64,000 nucleotides of DNA from Gammaproteobacteria bacterium. GTDB taxonomy: Bacteria; Pseudomonadota; Gammaproteobacteria; UBA4575. Location of the stretch: the NCBI GenBank assembly GCA_965227695.1, contig OZ245760.1:88580-152579 (forward strand), read 5' to 3'. A program made the translations under genes and the position numbers. The notes under the pieces are model-generated. The model saw only the letters and a program-made list of their open reading frames with translations, did no database searches and was not told the origin of the DNA. Shown here piece by piece: positions 32,741-42,292 of this stretch. Within the stretch, counting starts at the first letter, position 1; every line of letters begins with the position of its first letter.

Positions 32741-33355
32741 ATGATCAGCCTCATTGATAATATTAATCACATTTTCGACAAACTTCGTGCACTGGACTTT
32801 TTAGCTCCCTTGTTGCTGCGTTTATTTCTTGCCCCAATAATGATTTATGCCGGACTTTCTAAACTTGGCGATGTAAGCAATACCGCCCTGTGGTTTGAGC
32901 ACTCGCTTAACCTGCCTCTTCCAACCTTGATGGTTTATCTTTCAGGAGGCGCCGAGTTCTTCGGCGGTATCGCACTGCTTATAGGTTTTGCAGTGCGCTG
33001 GGTAGCCATCCCGCTGATGATTACGATGGTTGTTGCTGCAACCACGGCCCACTGGGAGAATGGCTGGCATCAGTTCCACGAAGCCAATCAAACGGTTCCC
33101 TGGGAGTGGCGTACCGACCTGATTGAAGAGGGAAACAAACGCAAATCCATCATAAAGAATGTACTGCGAGAGCACGCTAATTATCAATATTTGAGTGAAA
33201 CCGGCAGCATTACCATTCTTAAAAATGGCATTGAAGTGGCCACGGCTTATTTCATTATGTTACTGGCGCTATTCTTTACGGGAGCAGGTAGGTTTTTAAG
33301 CGTCGACTATTACTTATCTCTAATGTACCCTAGAAATTCGATTTCAAATAGTTGA
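32741..33355 (+). CDS. DoxX-family membrane protein with C-terminal extension
   Basis: DoxX-type 4-TM core (LLLRLFLAPIMIYAGLSKL...); GGGAG RBS before ATG at 32741 (ORF opens at 32711). Confidence 0.6.
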   Translation: MISLIDNINHIFDKLRALDFLAPLLLRLFLAPIMIYAGLSKLGDVSNTALWFEHSLNLPLPTLMVYLSGGAEFFGGIALLIGFAVRWVAIPLMITMVVAATTAHWENGWHQFHEANQTVPWEWRTDLIEEGNKRKSIIKNVLREHANYQYLSETGSITILKNGIEVATAYFIMLLALFFTGAGRFLSVDYYLSLMYPRNSISNS

Positions 33356-33370
33356 ATCTGGCCAATAATC

Positions 33371-34243
33371 ATGGAACATCATGTGCACGCTTCACAGTAC
33401 CGGGTAAACGGGGCAGGTCTTGGGCTCAGACGTGGGCATATGCTGGACACGCTGCTGGAAGCAAACCCCTCACAAATACAGTTTATGGAAGTCGCGCCCG
33501 AAAACTGGATTGGTGTTGGCGGACGCCTTGGAAAACGTTTTCAAGAGTACACAGAACGTTACCCTTTTGTCACGCATGGTTTATCATTATCGATCGGTGG
33601 ACCCACACCAATTGATACCAACCTGGTGAAAGATATCAGGGCATTTCTGGAACAACACAAAATAATACAGTACACAGAGCACCTTACTTACTGCTCAGAC
33701 ACGGGCCATCTATATGACTTGATGCCAATCCCTTTTACGTCTGAAGCGGTTCACTACGTTGCTGACCGCATTAACCAGGTGCAGGATATTCTTGGTCAGC
33801 GCATCGCGATGGAAAATGCCTCATATTACGCAGCACCAGGTCAGGAAATGGAAGAAATCGACTTTATCAAAGCCGTGCTGGAAGAGTCCGATTGTCAACT
33901 GCTACTCGACATTAACAACATCTATGTTAATTCTGTCAACCACAACTATGACCCAGTGGCGTTCCTGTCAGCGCTGCCCAAAGAACGTATTACTTATGCA
34001 CATATTGCAGGACACTATAACGAAGCTGAGGATTTAATTGTCGATACCCACGGCGCAGATGTCATTGATCCGGTATGGAACCTGCTAGATAAAGCTTACG
34101 AAGTGTTTGGTGTCTTCCCCACGCTCCTGGAACGGGATTTCAACATCCCGGAAGTCCCTGTTCTATTGAAAGAGGTAAACCAGATATGCACTTTACAAAG
34201 CAAGTGGGCGCAACCCGACAACATGATACAAGTACATGCCTGA
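33371..34243 (+). CDS. DUF692 (UPF0276) family protein, MNIO-type RiPP maturase candidate
   Basis: TIM-barrel DUF692 hallmarks (GAGLGLRRGH, ENWIGVGG, conserved His/Asp/Glu metal ligands); 290 aa. Confidence 0.75.
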   Translation: MEHHVHASQYRVNGAGLGLRRGHMLDTLLEANPSQIQFMEVAPENWIGVGGRLGKRFQEYTERYPFVTHGLSLSIGGPTPIDTNLVKDIRAFLEQHKIIQYTEHLTYCSDTGHLYDLMPIPFTSEAVHYVADRINQVQDILGQRIAMENASYYAAPGQEMEEIDFIKAVLEESDCQLLLDINNIYVNSVNHNYDPVAFLSALPKERITYAHIAGHYNEAEDLIVDTHGADVIDPVWNLLDKAYEVFGVFPTLLERDFNIPEVPVLLKEVNQICTLQSKWAQPDNMIQVHA

Positions 34244-35006
34244 TACCGACCCGGGTTTTAAAAATATACAATATCGCTTTACCGCTCATTTAAGAGACCC
34301 GGAGAACAACCCGGCTCCTGGTGAGATTGAAGACCGCCGAATGGAAATATATCGGGGCCTAATCTACCGGAATATACAGAATTTTTTGTCAAATGCATTC
34401 CCCGTCACCAGAATGCTTTATAGTGATGATCACTGGCATAAGCTGGTAAGGCATTTTTTCTCTGCTCACCAATGCCATTCACCTTACTTTAAAGACATTT
34501 CAAAAGAATTCATTGATTATTTAACTAATGAACATCAAGCACAACCTGAAGATCCACCATTTCTATACGAGCTGGCCCACTACGAATGGATCGAAATTGT
34601 CCTGACACTGATGGATGGCGAGATTGATTGGAGTCGAATTAACAAAAAGGGCAATCTGCTGAAGGATATCCCGATACTGACCCCTTTTATGCAGCTGCAA
34701 AGTTACGAGTATCCCGTGCATAAAATTACACCGGATTTTCAGCCAGAAACACCAGGCCAAAGTCCTACTTTCATACTCATATATCGAGACTTAAAAGATA
34801 AAGTTGGATTTCTGGAGCTAAACCCTATCACTGCACGATTGGTTGAACTGATCAGTGAAAATCAATCACGGACAAGTGAGGACATATTAACCAGCATCGC
34901 CGAGCAGATACCCGGATTAACAAAAGAGTCTGTTCTCCATGGTGGACATATCGCCCTGAATGAATTATTCGGGAAAGATATCTTTTTAGGGACAAGAAAG
35001 GCTTAA
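34236..35006 (+). CDS. DUF2063-family protein (MbnC/BufC-like RiPP recognition partner)
   Basis: 256 aa, overlaps DUF692 gene by 8 nt; conserved pairing of DUF692 with DUF2063. Confidence 0.65.
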   Translation: MPDTDPGFKNIQYRFTAHLRDPENNPAPGEIEDRRMEIYRGLIYRNIQNFLSNAFPVTRMLYSDDHWHKLVRHFFSAHQCHSPYFKDISKEFIDYLTNEHQAQPEDPPFLYELAHYEWIEIVLTLMDGEIDWSRINKKGNLLKDIPILTPFMQLQSYEYPVHKITPDFQPETPGQSPTFILIYRDLKDKVGFLELNPITARLVELISENQSRTSEDILTSIAEQIPGLTKESVLHGGHIALNELFGKDIFLGTRKA

Positions 35007-35038
35007 CCCAATGCAGCAAATTTTCTGAATCGAATCAT

Positions 35039-36058
35039 TTACCCCAGGCGGGCAATAATATTTTCAGCAAAGGTGGTGGTACTCGCGCTACCACCCAAAT
35101 CTACAGTCAGTCCCTCACCACTTCTGAGCTGTGCATCCAGTGCCTCTCGTAATCGCGTGGCCTTATCCGCCTGATCGACATGGTCAAGCATCAAGGCAGC
35201 CGCCAGCATTAGCGCCGTCGGGTTGGCGATTTTTTTACCTGCAATATCTGGAGCAGAACCATGTACCGCTTCAAATATGGAAGCATCCCGACCAATATTC
35301 CCGGACGGTGCCAGACCAAGGCCGCCAACAAGTCCTGCGATTTCATCAGATAGAATATCGCCAAACATATTGGTGGTGATCAGCACGTCGAACTGGTTGG
35401 GATTCAGGACCAGCTGCATAGCGCAGTTATCCACGATTCTCTCTTCGACTTCGATTTGCCCTTCATATTTCTTGCCTAGTTCTGTGGCTGTTTCCAGAAA
35501 CAGCCCTGTTAATTTTTTAAGGATATTCGCCTTATGGACAATGGTCACTTTTTTGCGCTTATTCTTGATCGCCCAGTTGAATGCAAACTCCGCAAAGCGG
35601 GTGCAACCATAGCGGGTAATTATTCCTGAAGCCTCAGCGACGGCTTTTGGATCACCGGCAATCGGAATATAGTGCTCGACCCCTACATAAAGTCCTTCAA
35701 GGTTTTCGCGGATCAAAACAAGGTCTACGTTTTCAAATCGGCCACCCAGCAGGAAGCTTCTGGCAGGTCTTACATTGGCAAACAATTCAAATTCCTCTCG
35801 CAAACGCACGTTGATAGATCTGAAGCCACTGCCGACTGGTGTTGTCAGGGGCCCTTTTAGCGCTAATTTGGTGCGGCGAATACTTTCCAGCGTTGCCTGG
35901 GGCAGCGGATCTCCACAAGCCTGCTCGGCTGCCACGCCGGCCAGCTGCTCATCCCAATCAAAGGATGCACCAAGGGCATCGAGTACCTTAAGTGTCGCGT
36001 TTACGATCTCAGGGCCGATACCATCACCCGGTATTAAAGTGGCAGGGATTTTTTGCAT
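35039..36058 (-). CDS. Isocitrate/isopropylmalate dehydrogenase family enzyme, likely NAD-dependent isocitrate (or homoisocitrate) dehydrogenase
   Basis: 339 aa, IPGDGIGPE N-terminus and metal/substrate motifs (NMFGDILSD) resembling IDH3/HICDH-type short enzymes. Confidence 0.6.
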   Translation of the reverse strand: MQKIPATLIPGDGIGPEIVNATLKVLDALGASFDWDEQLAGVAAEQACGDPLPQATLESIRRTKLALKGPLTTPVGSGFRSINVRLREEFELFANVRPARSFLLGGRFENVDLVLIRENLEGLYVGVEHYIPIAGDPKAVAEASGIITRYGCTRFAEFAFNWAIKNKRKKVTIVHKANILKKLTGLFLETATELGKKYEGQIEVEERIVDNCAMQLVLNPNQFDVLITTNMFGDILSDEIAGLVGGLGLAPSGNIGRDASIFEAVHGSAPDIAGKKIANPTALMLAAALMLDHVDQADKATRLREALDAQLRSGEGLTVDLGGSASTTTFAENIIARLG

Positions 36059-36281
36059 GTGGCTCTATCCTTGTATTATTGGCGATAGCGATGGATAAAA
36101 ATTAAACTTCCCGTGTCAGGTATTAATATTATCTCTTTTATTTATGTTTATTAAAACCAATTTTCGCGGTAGATATTAGGCTTAATATCGTTTGAATGGT
36201 TAACAAGACTGGCGAGATCGAAACTGTTTATACACAGGGGCGCAGGTAGAATAGCGGGTGTTTATTGATCATTCGCACGGT

Positions 36282-36446
36282 TTACTGATCCTGATTTTTG
36301 ACAAAATCACGAATGAATCTTCTGATTTCTCGTGCTGCACTTGTATCGAGCTCATCACATAAAGACACAAAGTCATCACGCTCTTTTTGATTAATCCGAA
36401 TAACAAGCTGACTATCTTTACTTTTATTCTTTTTCTTGTCGCCCAT
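36282..36446 (-). CDS. Unlisted 54-aa ORF, ribbon-helix-helix (CopG/Arc)-like small DNA-binding protein
   Basis: Translated by hand: MGDKKKNKSKDSQLVIRINQKERDDFVSLCDELDTSAAREIRRFIRDFVKNQDQ; beta-strand then two helices; ATATAC direct repeats upstream. Confidence 0.4.
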   Translation of the reverse strand: MGDKKKNKSKDSQLVIRINQKERDDFVSLCDELDTSAAREIRRFIRDFVKNQDQ

Positions 36447-36467
36447 AACAGATGCACGGTTTAATTA

Positions 36468-36495
36468 GATATACAATGTATATACATTATATACC
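36468..36495. promoter_or_regulatory. Three direct (T)ATATAC repeats at 10-bp spacing immediately upstream of the RHH-like ORF; candidate operator
   Basis: gATATACaatgTATATACattATATAC. Confidence 0.35.
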
Positions 36496-36922
36496 TTTCA
36501 TCCTCGACAGGTCAATTTCATTAACAGACTTCGTTTAGCCTTAAACACCTATAAAAAAGCATCAAACTAGCTTGTTATTTGAAAATCATCCTGGGGTGAA
36601 AGCCTGAATCGCATTTTAACAAACCATAATTTTACACATAAATGATTATAATTGTGGTTCATTACGATCAGATGAATTTAATATAATCAGACATGTATGA
36701 TGTTTCAGCAAATGAAGCAACACGGCGCACAGGGCCTGGCGCGCCATGTTGATTTTATTGGCTCTATTGGTCTCAGCAGAGCACGATATCGAAGATCGAT
36801 ACCACATTGCTTTTTAGCGATGAAAGACTATCAGATCAACCCCGTTTTTTAATTTCGGGTGATTGACATTTACGTGAATTATTTATTAATTGCACATTAA
36901 CAGTGTGCCTGCAAAACGATCG

Positions 36923-38245
36923 CTATATCAATGATCCTGTCAGATCATATTCACCTGCCTCCTCGATACGGACTGGTACAATATCACCCACATTACATTG
37001 ACGATGGCCATAAACATGTACAGTCCCATCTATCTCGGGCGCATCTGCATAACTTCTGCCAATGGCAACTTCTTCATTCACTTCATCAATAAGTACTTCT
37101 AATACACGACCAACTTTCTGTTCAAGTTTATCTTCACTGATTTCCTGCTGAAGCTGCATTAACTTATGCCAGCGTTGCTGTTTAATTTCGTCTTCAATCT
37201 GCCCATCAAGCAGATTCGACTGCGCACCCTCCACGGGAGAATACTGAAAACAGCCCACACGGTCGAGCCTGGCTTCACGCAAAAAATCAAGCAATTCATC
37301 AAAATCACTGTCTGTTTCTCCAGGAAAACCAACAATGAATGTGCTACGTATGACAATATCTGGGCATCGTTCACGCCAGCGCTGTATATGATCGAGCGTC
37401 TTTTCACTGCAGGCCGGGCGCCGCATTCTTTTCAGGACACGATGGCTCGCGTGCTGAAAGGGAACATCAATGTATGGCAGGATTTTTCCCTCGGCCATCA
37501 AAGGGATTACATCTTCAACATGCGGATATGGATAAACATAATGCAGACGAATCCAGATACCCAGTTCGCCCAGCGCATTACATAAATCAAGCAAGTTATT
37601 GTGATAAATCCTGCCATTCCATAATTGAGTTTCATGCCTGATATCCAGACCATACGCACTGGTATCCTGCGAAATTACCAACAGCTCTTTTACACCAGCA
37701 GCAGCCAGCTGCTCCGCTTCATGCATCACTTCATGTAGCGGGCGACTTTTTAACTTGCCCCGCATTGATGGAATAATGCAAAAGGAACACTTGTGGTTGC
37801 ACCCCTCCGAAATTTTAATATAGGCATAATGTTCTGGTGTAAGCTTGATTCCCTGGGGAGGCGTCAGATTTATATACGGATTGTGATTCACAGGAACTGC
37901 CTGGCGCACCGCGGTCATGACTGTATCAACATCCTGAGGGCCAGAAATGCTCAGAACATCTCGTGGTATTGACTTTAAATCTCCCTGATTGACGCCCATA
38001 CAGCCGGTGACAATCACCTTACCATTAACACTCAGCGCCTCGCTGATGACTTCAAGGGATTCCTGCTTGGCAGCATCAATGAAGCCACAGGTGTTAACAA
38101 TAACAGCATCAGCGCCTTCATAACTGTCTGAGATCAGATAACCTTCACTGCGCAGCTGTGTAATAATTCTTTCAGAGTCAACCAGTGCTTTAGGGCAACC
38201 GAGGCTGATCATTCCAATGGCAGGATGACTGTTTTTGTGGGACAT
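36923..38245 (-). CDS. rimO: Ribosomal protein S12 methylthiotransferase
   Basis: MTTase N-domain, radical-SAM CxxxCxxC (CNHKCSFC), TRAM domain; 440 aa. Confidence 0.9.
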   Translation of the reverse strand: MSHKNSHPAIGMISLGCPKALVDSERIITQLRSEGYLISDSYEGADAVIVNTCGFIDAAKQESLEVISEALSVNGKVIVTGCMGVNQGDLKSIPRDVLSISGPQDVDTVMTAVRQAVPVNHNPYINLTPPQGIKLTPEHYAYIKISEGCNHKCSFCIIPSMRGKLKSRPLHEVMHEAEQLAAAGVKELLVISQDTSAYGLDIRHETQLWNGRIYHNNLLDLCNALGELGIWIRLHYVYPYPHVEDVIPLMAEGKILPYIDVPFQHASHRVLKRMRRPACSEKTLDHIQRWRERCPDIVIRSTFIVGFPGETDSDFDELLDFLREARLDRVGCFQYSPVEGAQSNLLDGQIEDEIKQQRWHKLMQLQQEISEDKLEQKVGRVLEVLIDEVNEEVAIGRSYADAPEIDGTVHVYGHRQCNVGDIVPVRIEEAGEYDLTGSLI

Positions 38246-38333
38246 TATTATTGATTACGGGTAGTACTTATTTATATACATATATAGTAGGCTATTATTG
38301 TATTGATTCAGAATCTTTTATAACCAAAAACAT

Positions 38334-39689
38334 ATGGGGCAAATATTCTTTTCCGCAGCTCACAAATCCTCTGGTAAAACCGTTATTACAGCAGGTGTTT
38401 GCGCCGCTCTCACCGCACAGAATAAAACTGTACAGCCTTTCAAGAAAGGGCCAGATTATATCGATCCGATGTGGCTGGCAACAGCATCCCGGCGACACTG
38501 CTACAATCTGGACTTCTGGACACAATCCAATCAGGAAATCCTTGAACTATATTACCGAAAAAGTTCATCCGCAGATATCTCAATCACTGAAGCCAATAAA
38601 GGTTTGTATGACGGTCTCGATCTTGACGGCAGCAATAGCAATGCAGAATTAGCCAAGCTGTTGAAAGCACCGGTCGTGCTTATCCTGGATTGCCGCGGCA
38701 CAACCCGCGGGATTGCCCCGTTATTGCAGGGTTATCAGCACTTTGATCCTGGTGTCAACATACAGGGGGTTATTTTAAATTTTGTAGGTGGCAACCGCCA
38801 CGAAAGCAAACTTCGCAGTGTGGTTGAGCATTACACCGATATAAAGGTGTTAGGCAGTATCCAGAAACATGGTGATATGGCCCTTGAAGAGAGATACTTA
38901 GGACTCATGCCCAGCAATGAAACAGACAAAGCCAGGGAAAAAACGCAAGCACTTGCTAATATAATCGCACAACAGGTTGACCTTAATGCCATCCTTGCCA
39001 TGAGTACCGATATCCCTGCCGTCAATATTACCCCCGGCAACTCGAACTATCGCTGCAACTTGCGTATTGGTTATGCACGCGACAAAGCATTCGGCTTTTA
39101 CTATCCTGACGATCTCGAAACTTTCAGGCAATTGGGAGCAACACTTGTACCCTTCAACACACTCACAGATAAATGCTTACCGGATGTCGATGGAGTCTTT
39201 TTTGGTGGTGGATTCCCCGAGAAATGCATGCAATCACTCGAAGCCAATAAGCCTATGCGCGATCATGTTTACCAGGTGCTCAACGCAGGCATGCCGGCAT
39301 ATGCTGAATGCGGGGGACTGATGTATTTATGTAATCAGATTCACTATGGGGGGCAAAGCGCCAAGATGGTCGGGCTGATTGATACCGATTGTGAAATGAC
39401 GCCCAGGCCACAAGGGCGTGGCTATATACAGTTCAATGCAAATCAGTCTGCATTCTGGCCGGACTCACAGCCCCGTTTTATCAATGCCCATGAGTTCCAT
39501 TATTCCAGATTAGTGAACTTGCCCGCAGATACAAGCATGGTGTTTGATATTGTACGCGGACAAGGCATTATGAATCAAAAGGATGGTATTCATATCCACA
39601 ATACCCTTGCCTGCTATTCTCATCAACGTCACACTAGCAGCAACCCGTGGATAGAACAATTTCTCAAATTCGTTGAATCACGTCGATAA
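38334..39689 (+). CDS. Cobyrinate a,c-diamide synthase family amidotransferase (CbiA/CobB; DsrN-like possible)
   Basis: N-terminal P-loop ATPase domain (SGKTVITAG), C-terminal GATase1 domain with Cys (AECGGLMYL); stands alone. Confidence 0.7.
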   Translation: MGQIFFSAAHKSSGKTVITAGVCAALTAQNKTVQPFKKGPDYIDPMWLATASRRHCYNLDFWTQSNQEILELYYRKSSSADISITEANKGLYDGLDLDGSNSNAELAKLLKAPVVLILDCRGTTRGIAPLLQGYQHFDPGVNIQGVILNFVGGNRHESKLRSVVEHYTDIKVLGSIQKHGDMALEERYLGLMPSNETDKAREKTQALANIIAQQVDLNAILAMSTDIPAVNITPGNSNYRCNLRIGYARDKAFGFYYPDDLETFRQLGATLVPFNTLTDKCLPDVDGVFFGGGFPEKCMQSLEANKPMRDHVYQVLNAGMPAYAECGGLMYLCNQIHYGGQSAKMVGLIDTDCEMTPRPQGRGYIQFNANQSAFWPDSQPRFINAHEFHYSRLVNLPADTSMVFDIVRGQGIMNQKDGIHIHNTLACYSHQRHTSSNPWIEQFLKFVESRR

Positions 39690-39749
39690 TCTATATTTTT
39701 CTACAACATGGGAAAACACGCCAACAAACCAAACAGGTAGTCACACATT

Positions 39750-40088
39750 ATGGAAGAAGTATCTATCACCGAAGCAGCAGCAAACATCATCAAAAAATCG
39801 GCACTTGAAGCGCAGATGGACAATTTGCCTTTACGTATTGCCGTGACTAAAAAGCAAGACGGGTCTTTTCACTATGGCATGGGCTTTGATGATGTTGGCA
39901 ACACGGAAAGCCGCGATATCACATTTCATTCTCACGGCATTGACATGGTGATAGCAGAATCCAGTATCGACCTGCTTAAAGGAACGATCATAGATTATGT
40001 CGAGTTAGAACCAAAACAGTTCCATTTTGTATTCCTTAATCCCAATGACCCAAATTACACTCCAGGCAAGCCAGAGTCGGATGAATAA
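39750..40088 (+). CDS. HesB/IscA-like fold protein lacking the three conserved cluster-ligating cysteines
   Basis: Aligns to A-type carrier core (LRIAVTKK...FHFVFLNPN) but no Cys anywhere in the 112 aa. Confidence 0.5.
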   Translation: MEEVSITEAAANIIKKSALEAQMDNLPLRIAVTKKQDGSFHYGMGFDDVGNTESRDITFHSHGIDMVIAESSIDLLKGTIIDYVELEPKQFHFVFLNPNDPNYTPGKPESDE

Positions 40089-40102
40089 CCTGCGATAAAA
40101 TC

Positions 40103-41620
40103 ATGGAGAGGCTAACCAACACAGTCCACATTACACTCATCGGAATCGTCGTCGGGGTCTCACTGATAATCAGTACATTAGTCTTCACTGTTTATTCCGC
40201 ATGGTTATTGATTGCGGGCGTGGTTATCATTTTATTCACTTTTTGGTATATCCATATATGCTATATTGTTCCCGCGGTACACGTAACACACTGGACGCAA
40301 ATGATTCGGGCAGGCGATCTTGCAGCCCGGTTTTCTCACCGGCCAACGGGTGAATATGTCAATATATACCAGGATCTGCAGTTCATTGGCGAAATGTTGC
40401 AGTCGCTGTCATCGGATGCTGAAGCTCAGGTACAGCGGCATACTCAGCATATCGCACAAAAAACCCGCTCACTATCAATTCTGTATGAGGTTGCAAGCAG
40501 CATCAATCTTTCTCGCGACGTTGAATCACTGCTAAGTCAATTTCTGTTTAACATTACTGAACTTGTCGATGCACAGGCAGCAGCAGCCTATTTAATCAAA
40601 GATGAAAATCAGGTTGAACATCTCACTCACATTAACTGCAGCGAAGAACTCATTCATAACCATGGCAAGCATTGCCTTTTTAGTCGCGATAATATTTTAA
40701 ACAAGGGCAGTTCAGGAATCTTAAACGTAAAACTGCTGGAGTGCGATGATGAGTGGTGCAAAAACTACTTCCATGATCAGGAGATATATATACTGATTGT
40801 TCCTTTGCAATACCAGCAACATTTACTCGGCGCCTATCATTTTTATATCCTTAAAGACTCACTGGATGATTTTGAAGACTTCGATGAGCTGTTTACAAGC
40901 ATTGGTCGACATCTGGGGGCCGCGATAGAAAAGTCACACCTTGACGAGGAAACTACATCGTTATCTATCATGCGCGAACGCACGCATATCGCTAACGAAT
41001 TACACGACTCTCTGGCGCAAACACTGACCAGCATCCGTTTTCAGGTGCGTGTACTCGACGAAACTTTACACCAGGGTGATGAAGCAAGAACCTGGGCTGA
41101 AATGGAGAAGATTGAAGCCTCCATTAATGAGGCTCACACTGAAATCCGCGAATTAATTGCACATTTTCGCTCGCCAACCGTGTTGGTCAGTCTGATCGCC
41201 TCTGTAGAACAAACCATTGATCGTTTTCGACAGGTTAATGACGAAATTCAGGTTTTTTTCCAGAATGAATGGCCAGACGTAAACTTGCCAGCCGAAACAG
41301 AGTTTCATATCCTTCGAATTATTCAGGAATCACTGACCAATATTCGCAAGCATAGCGATGCTGAAAACGTTCGAATCATGATGTGCTCGACCGCACCTAA
41401 TGAATATATGGTGTTAATCGAGGACGATGGTGTAGGCTTTACAAAGCCACAAAAAAGCCAGCACTCCGGAGAACATATTGGCTTATCGATCATGCGCGAC
41501 CGGGCCAAACGCTTTGGTGGAGAATTGACTGTAGAAAGCGAACCCGGCGAAGGGACTCGAATTATTCTGGAATTCAGCCATAATGCACATCAAGATCAAC
41601 AATATAACAATATCTCATGA
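40103..41620 (+). CDS. Sensor histidine kinase, NarX/NarQ-like (HisKA_3) with N-terminal TM pair and GAF-like region
   Basis: H-box ERTHIANELHDSLAQ, HATPase_c motifs (DDGVGF, GIGL), two N-terminal TMs. Confidence 0.75.
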   Translation: MERLTNTVHITLIGIVVGVSLIISTLVFTVYSAWLLIAGVVIILFTFWYIHICYIVPAVHVTHWTQMIRAGDLAARFSHRPTGEYVNIYQDLQFIGEMLQSLSSDAEAQVQRHTQHIAQKTRSLSILYEVASSINLSRDVESLLSQFLFNITELVDAQAAAAYLIKDENQVEHLTHINCSEELIHNHGKHCLFSRDNILNKGSSGILNVKLLECDDEWCKNYFHDQEIYILIVPLQYQQHLLGAYHFYILKDSLDDFEDFDELFTSIGRHLGAAIEKSHLDEETTSLSIMRERTHIANELHDSLAQTLTSIRFQVRVLDETLHQGDEARTWAEMEKIEASINEAHTEIRELIAHFRSPTVLVSLIASVEQTIDRFRQVNDEIQVFFQNEWPDVNLPAETEFHILRIIQESLTNIRKHSDAENVRIMMCSTAPNEYMVLIEDDGVGFTKPQKSQHSGEHIGLSIMRDRAKRFGGELTVESEPGEGTRIILEFSHNAHQDQQYNNIS

Positions 41621-42282
41621 GTTCTAATTTACGTGTACTAATTATTGATGACCACACTCTGTTCAGAGACGGTCTGGAAAGTTTACTTGAAAGGCACAAC
41701 ATTGAGGTTGTTGGCTCTCTTGGCGATGGCCATGAAGGCATACGGCTGGCCCAGGAACTCAAACCGGATATTGTTCTACTCGATATGCGCATGCCAAATA
41801 TCACTGGCCTGGAAGTCCTGAAGCAGCTACAGCTACATAATTTCCAGGCGCCTATCGCGATGCTGACAACCAGCAATGACGAACGTGATCTGGTCGAAGC
41901 CTTGCGTAATGGTGCAAAAGGCTATCTTTTAAAAGACATGGAGCCTGATGACGTCGTCGCCGCCTTACGCGAAATTGTAAAAGGTGAGACGGTGGTAGCT
42001 CCCAATCTGACCCAGATACTCGCCCGTGTTGTCAAAGGTGAGCCAATTTTAGAAACCGAACCCAGCCCGATTGATGATCTGACACCTCGTGAAGCTGAAA
42101 TTCTCAGCTTGCTCGCTGAAGGACAAAGCAATAAAGTCATCGCCAGGAATCTTGGCATCTCTGATGGAACAGTAAAATTGCATGTCAAAGCAATACTAAG
42201 AAAACTCAACATCCACTCTCGTGTAGAGGCTGCCGTCATCGCTGTTGAGCATGGATTACGCGCAAATAAAAACTCACTCTAG
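41617..42282 (+). CDS. NarL/FixJ-family response regulator (REC plus LuxR HTH)
   Basis: REC domain with Asp (VLLDMRMP), C-terminal LuxR-type HTH; overlaps kinase stop by 4 nt. Confidence 0.85.
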   Translation: MSSNLRVLIIDDHTLFRDGLESLLERHNIEVVGSLGDGHEGIRLAQELKPDIVLLDMRMPNITGLEVLKQLQLHNFQAPIAMLTTSNDERDLVEALRNGAKGYLLKDMEPDDVVAALREIVKGETVVAPNLTQILARVVKGEPILETEPSPIDDLTPREAEILSLLAEGQSNKVIARNLGISDGTVKLHVKAILRKLNIHSRVEAAVIAVEHGLRANKNSL

Positions 42283-42292
42283 TCTTTAAGGA

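Noticed and set aside
36269-36457. Listed 62-aa ORF MHLLWATRKRIKVKIVSLLF...
   Set aside because: The composition is non-protein-like. A different frame on the same strand gives a much more convincing RHH-like peptide (36282..36446), reported instead.
36800-36922. Possible rimO terminator hairpin (gcaca-ttaacag-tgtgc)
   Set aside because: The stem is short and there is no T-run on the relevant strand; too weak to call.
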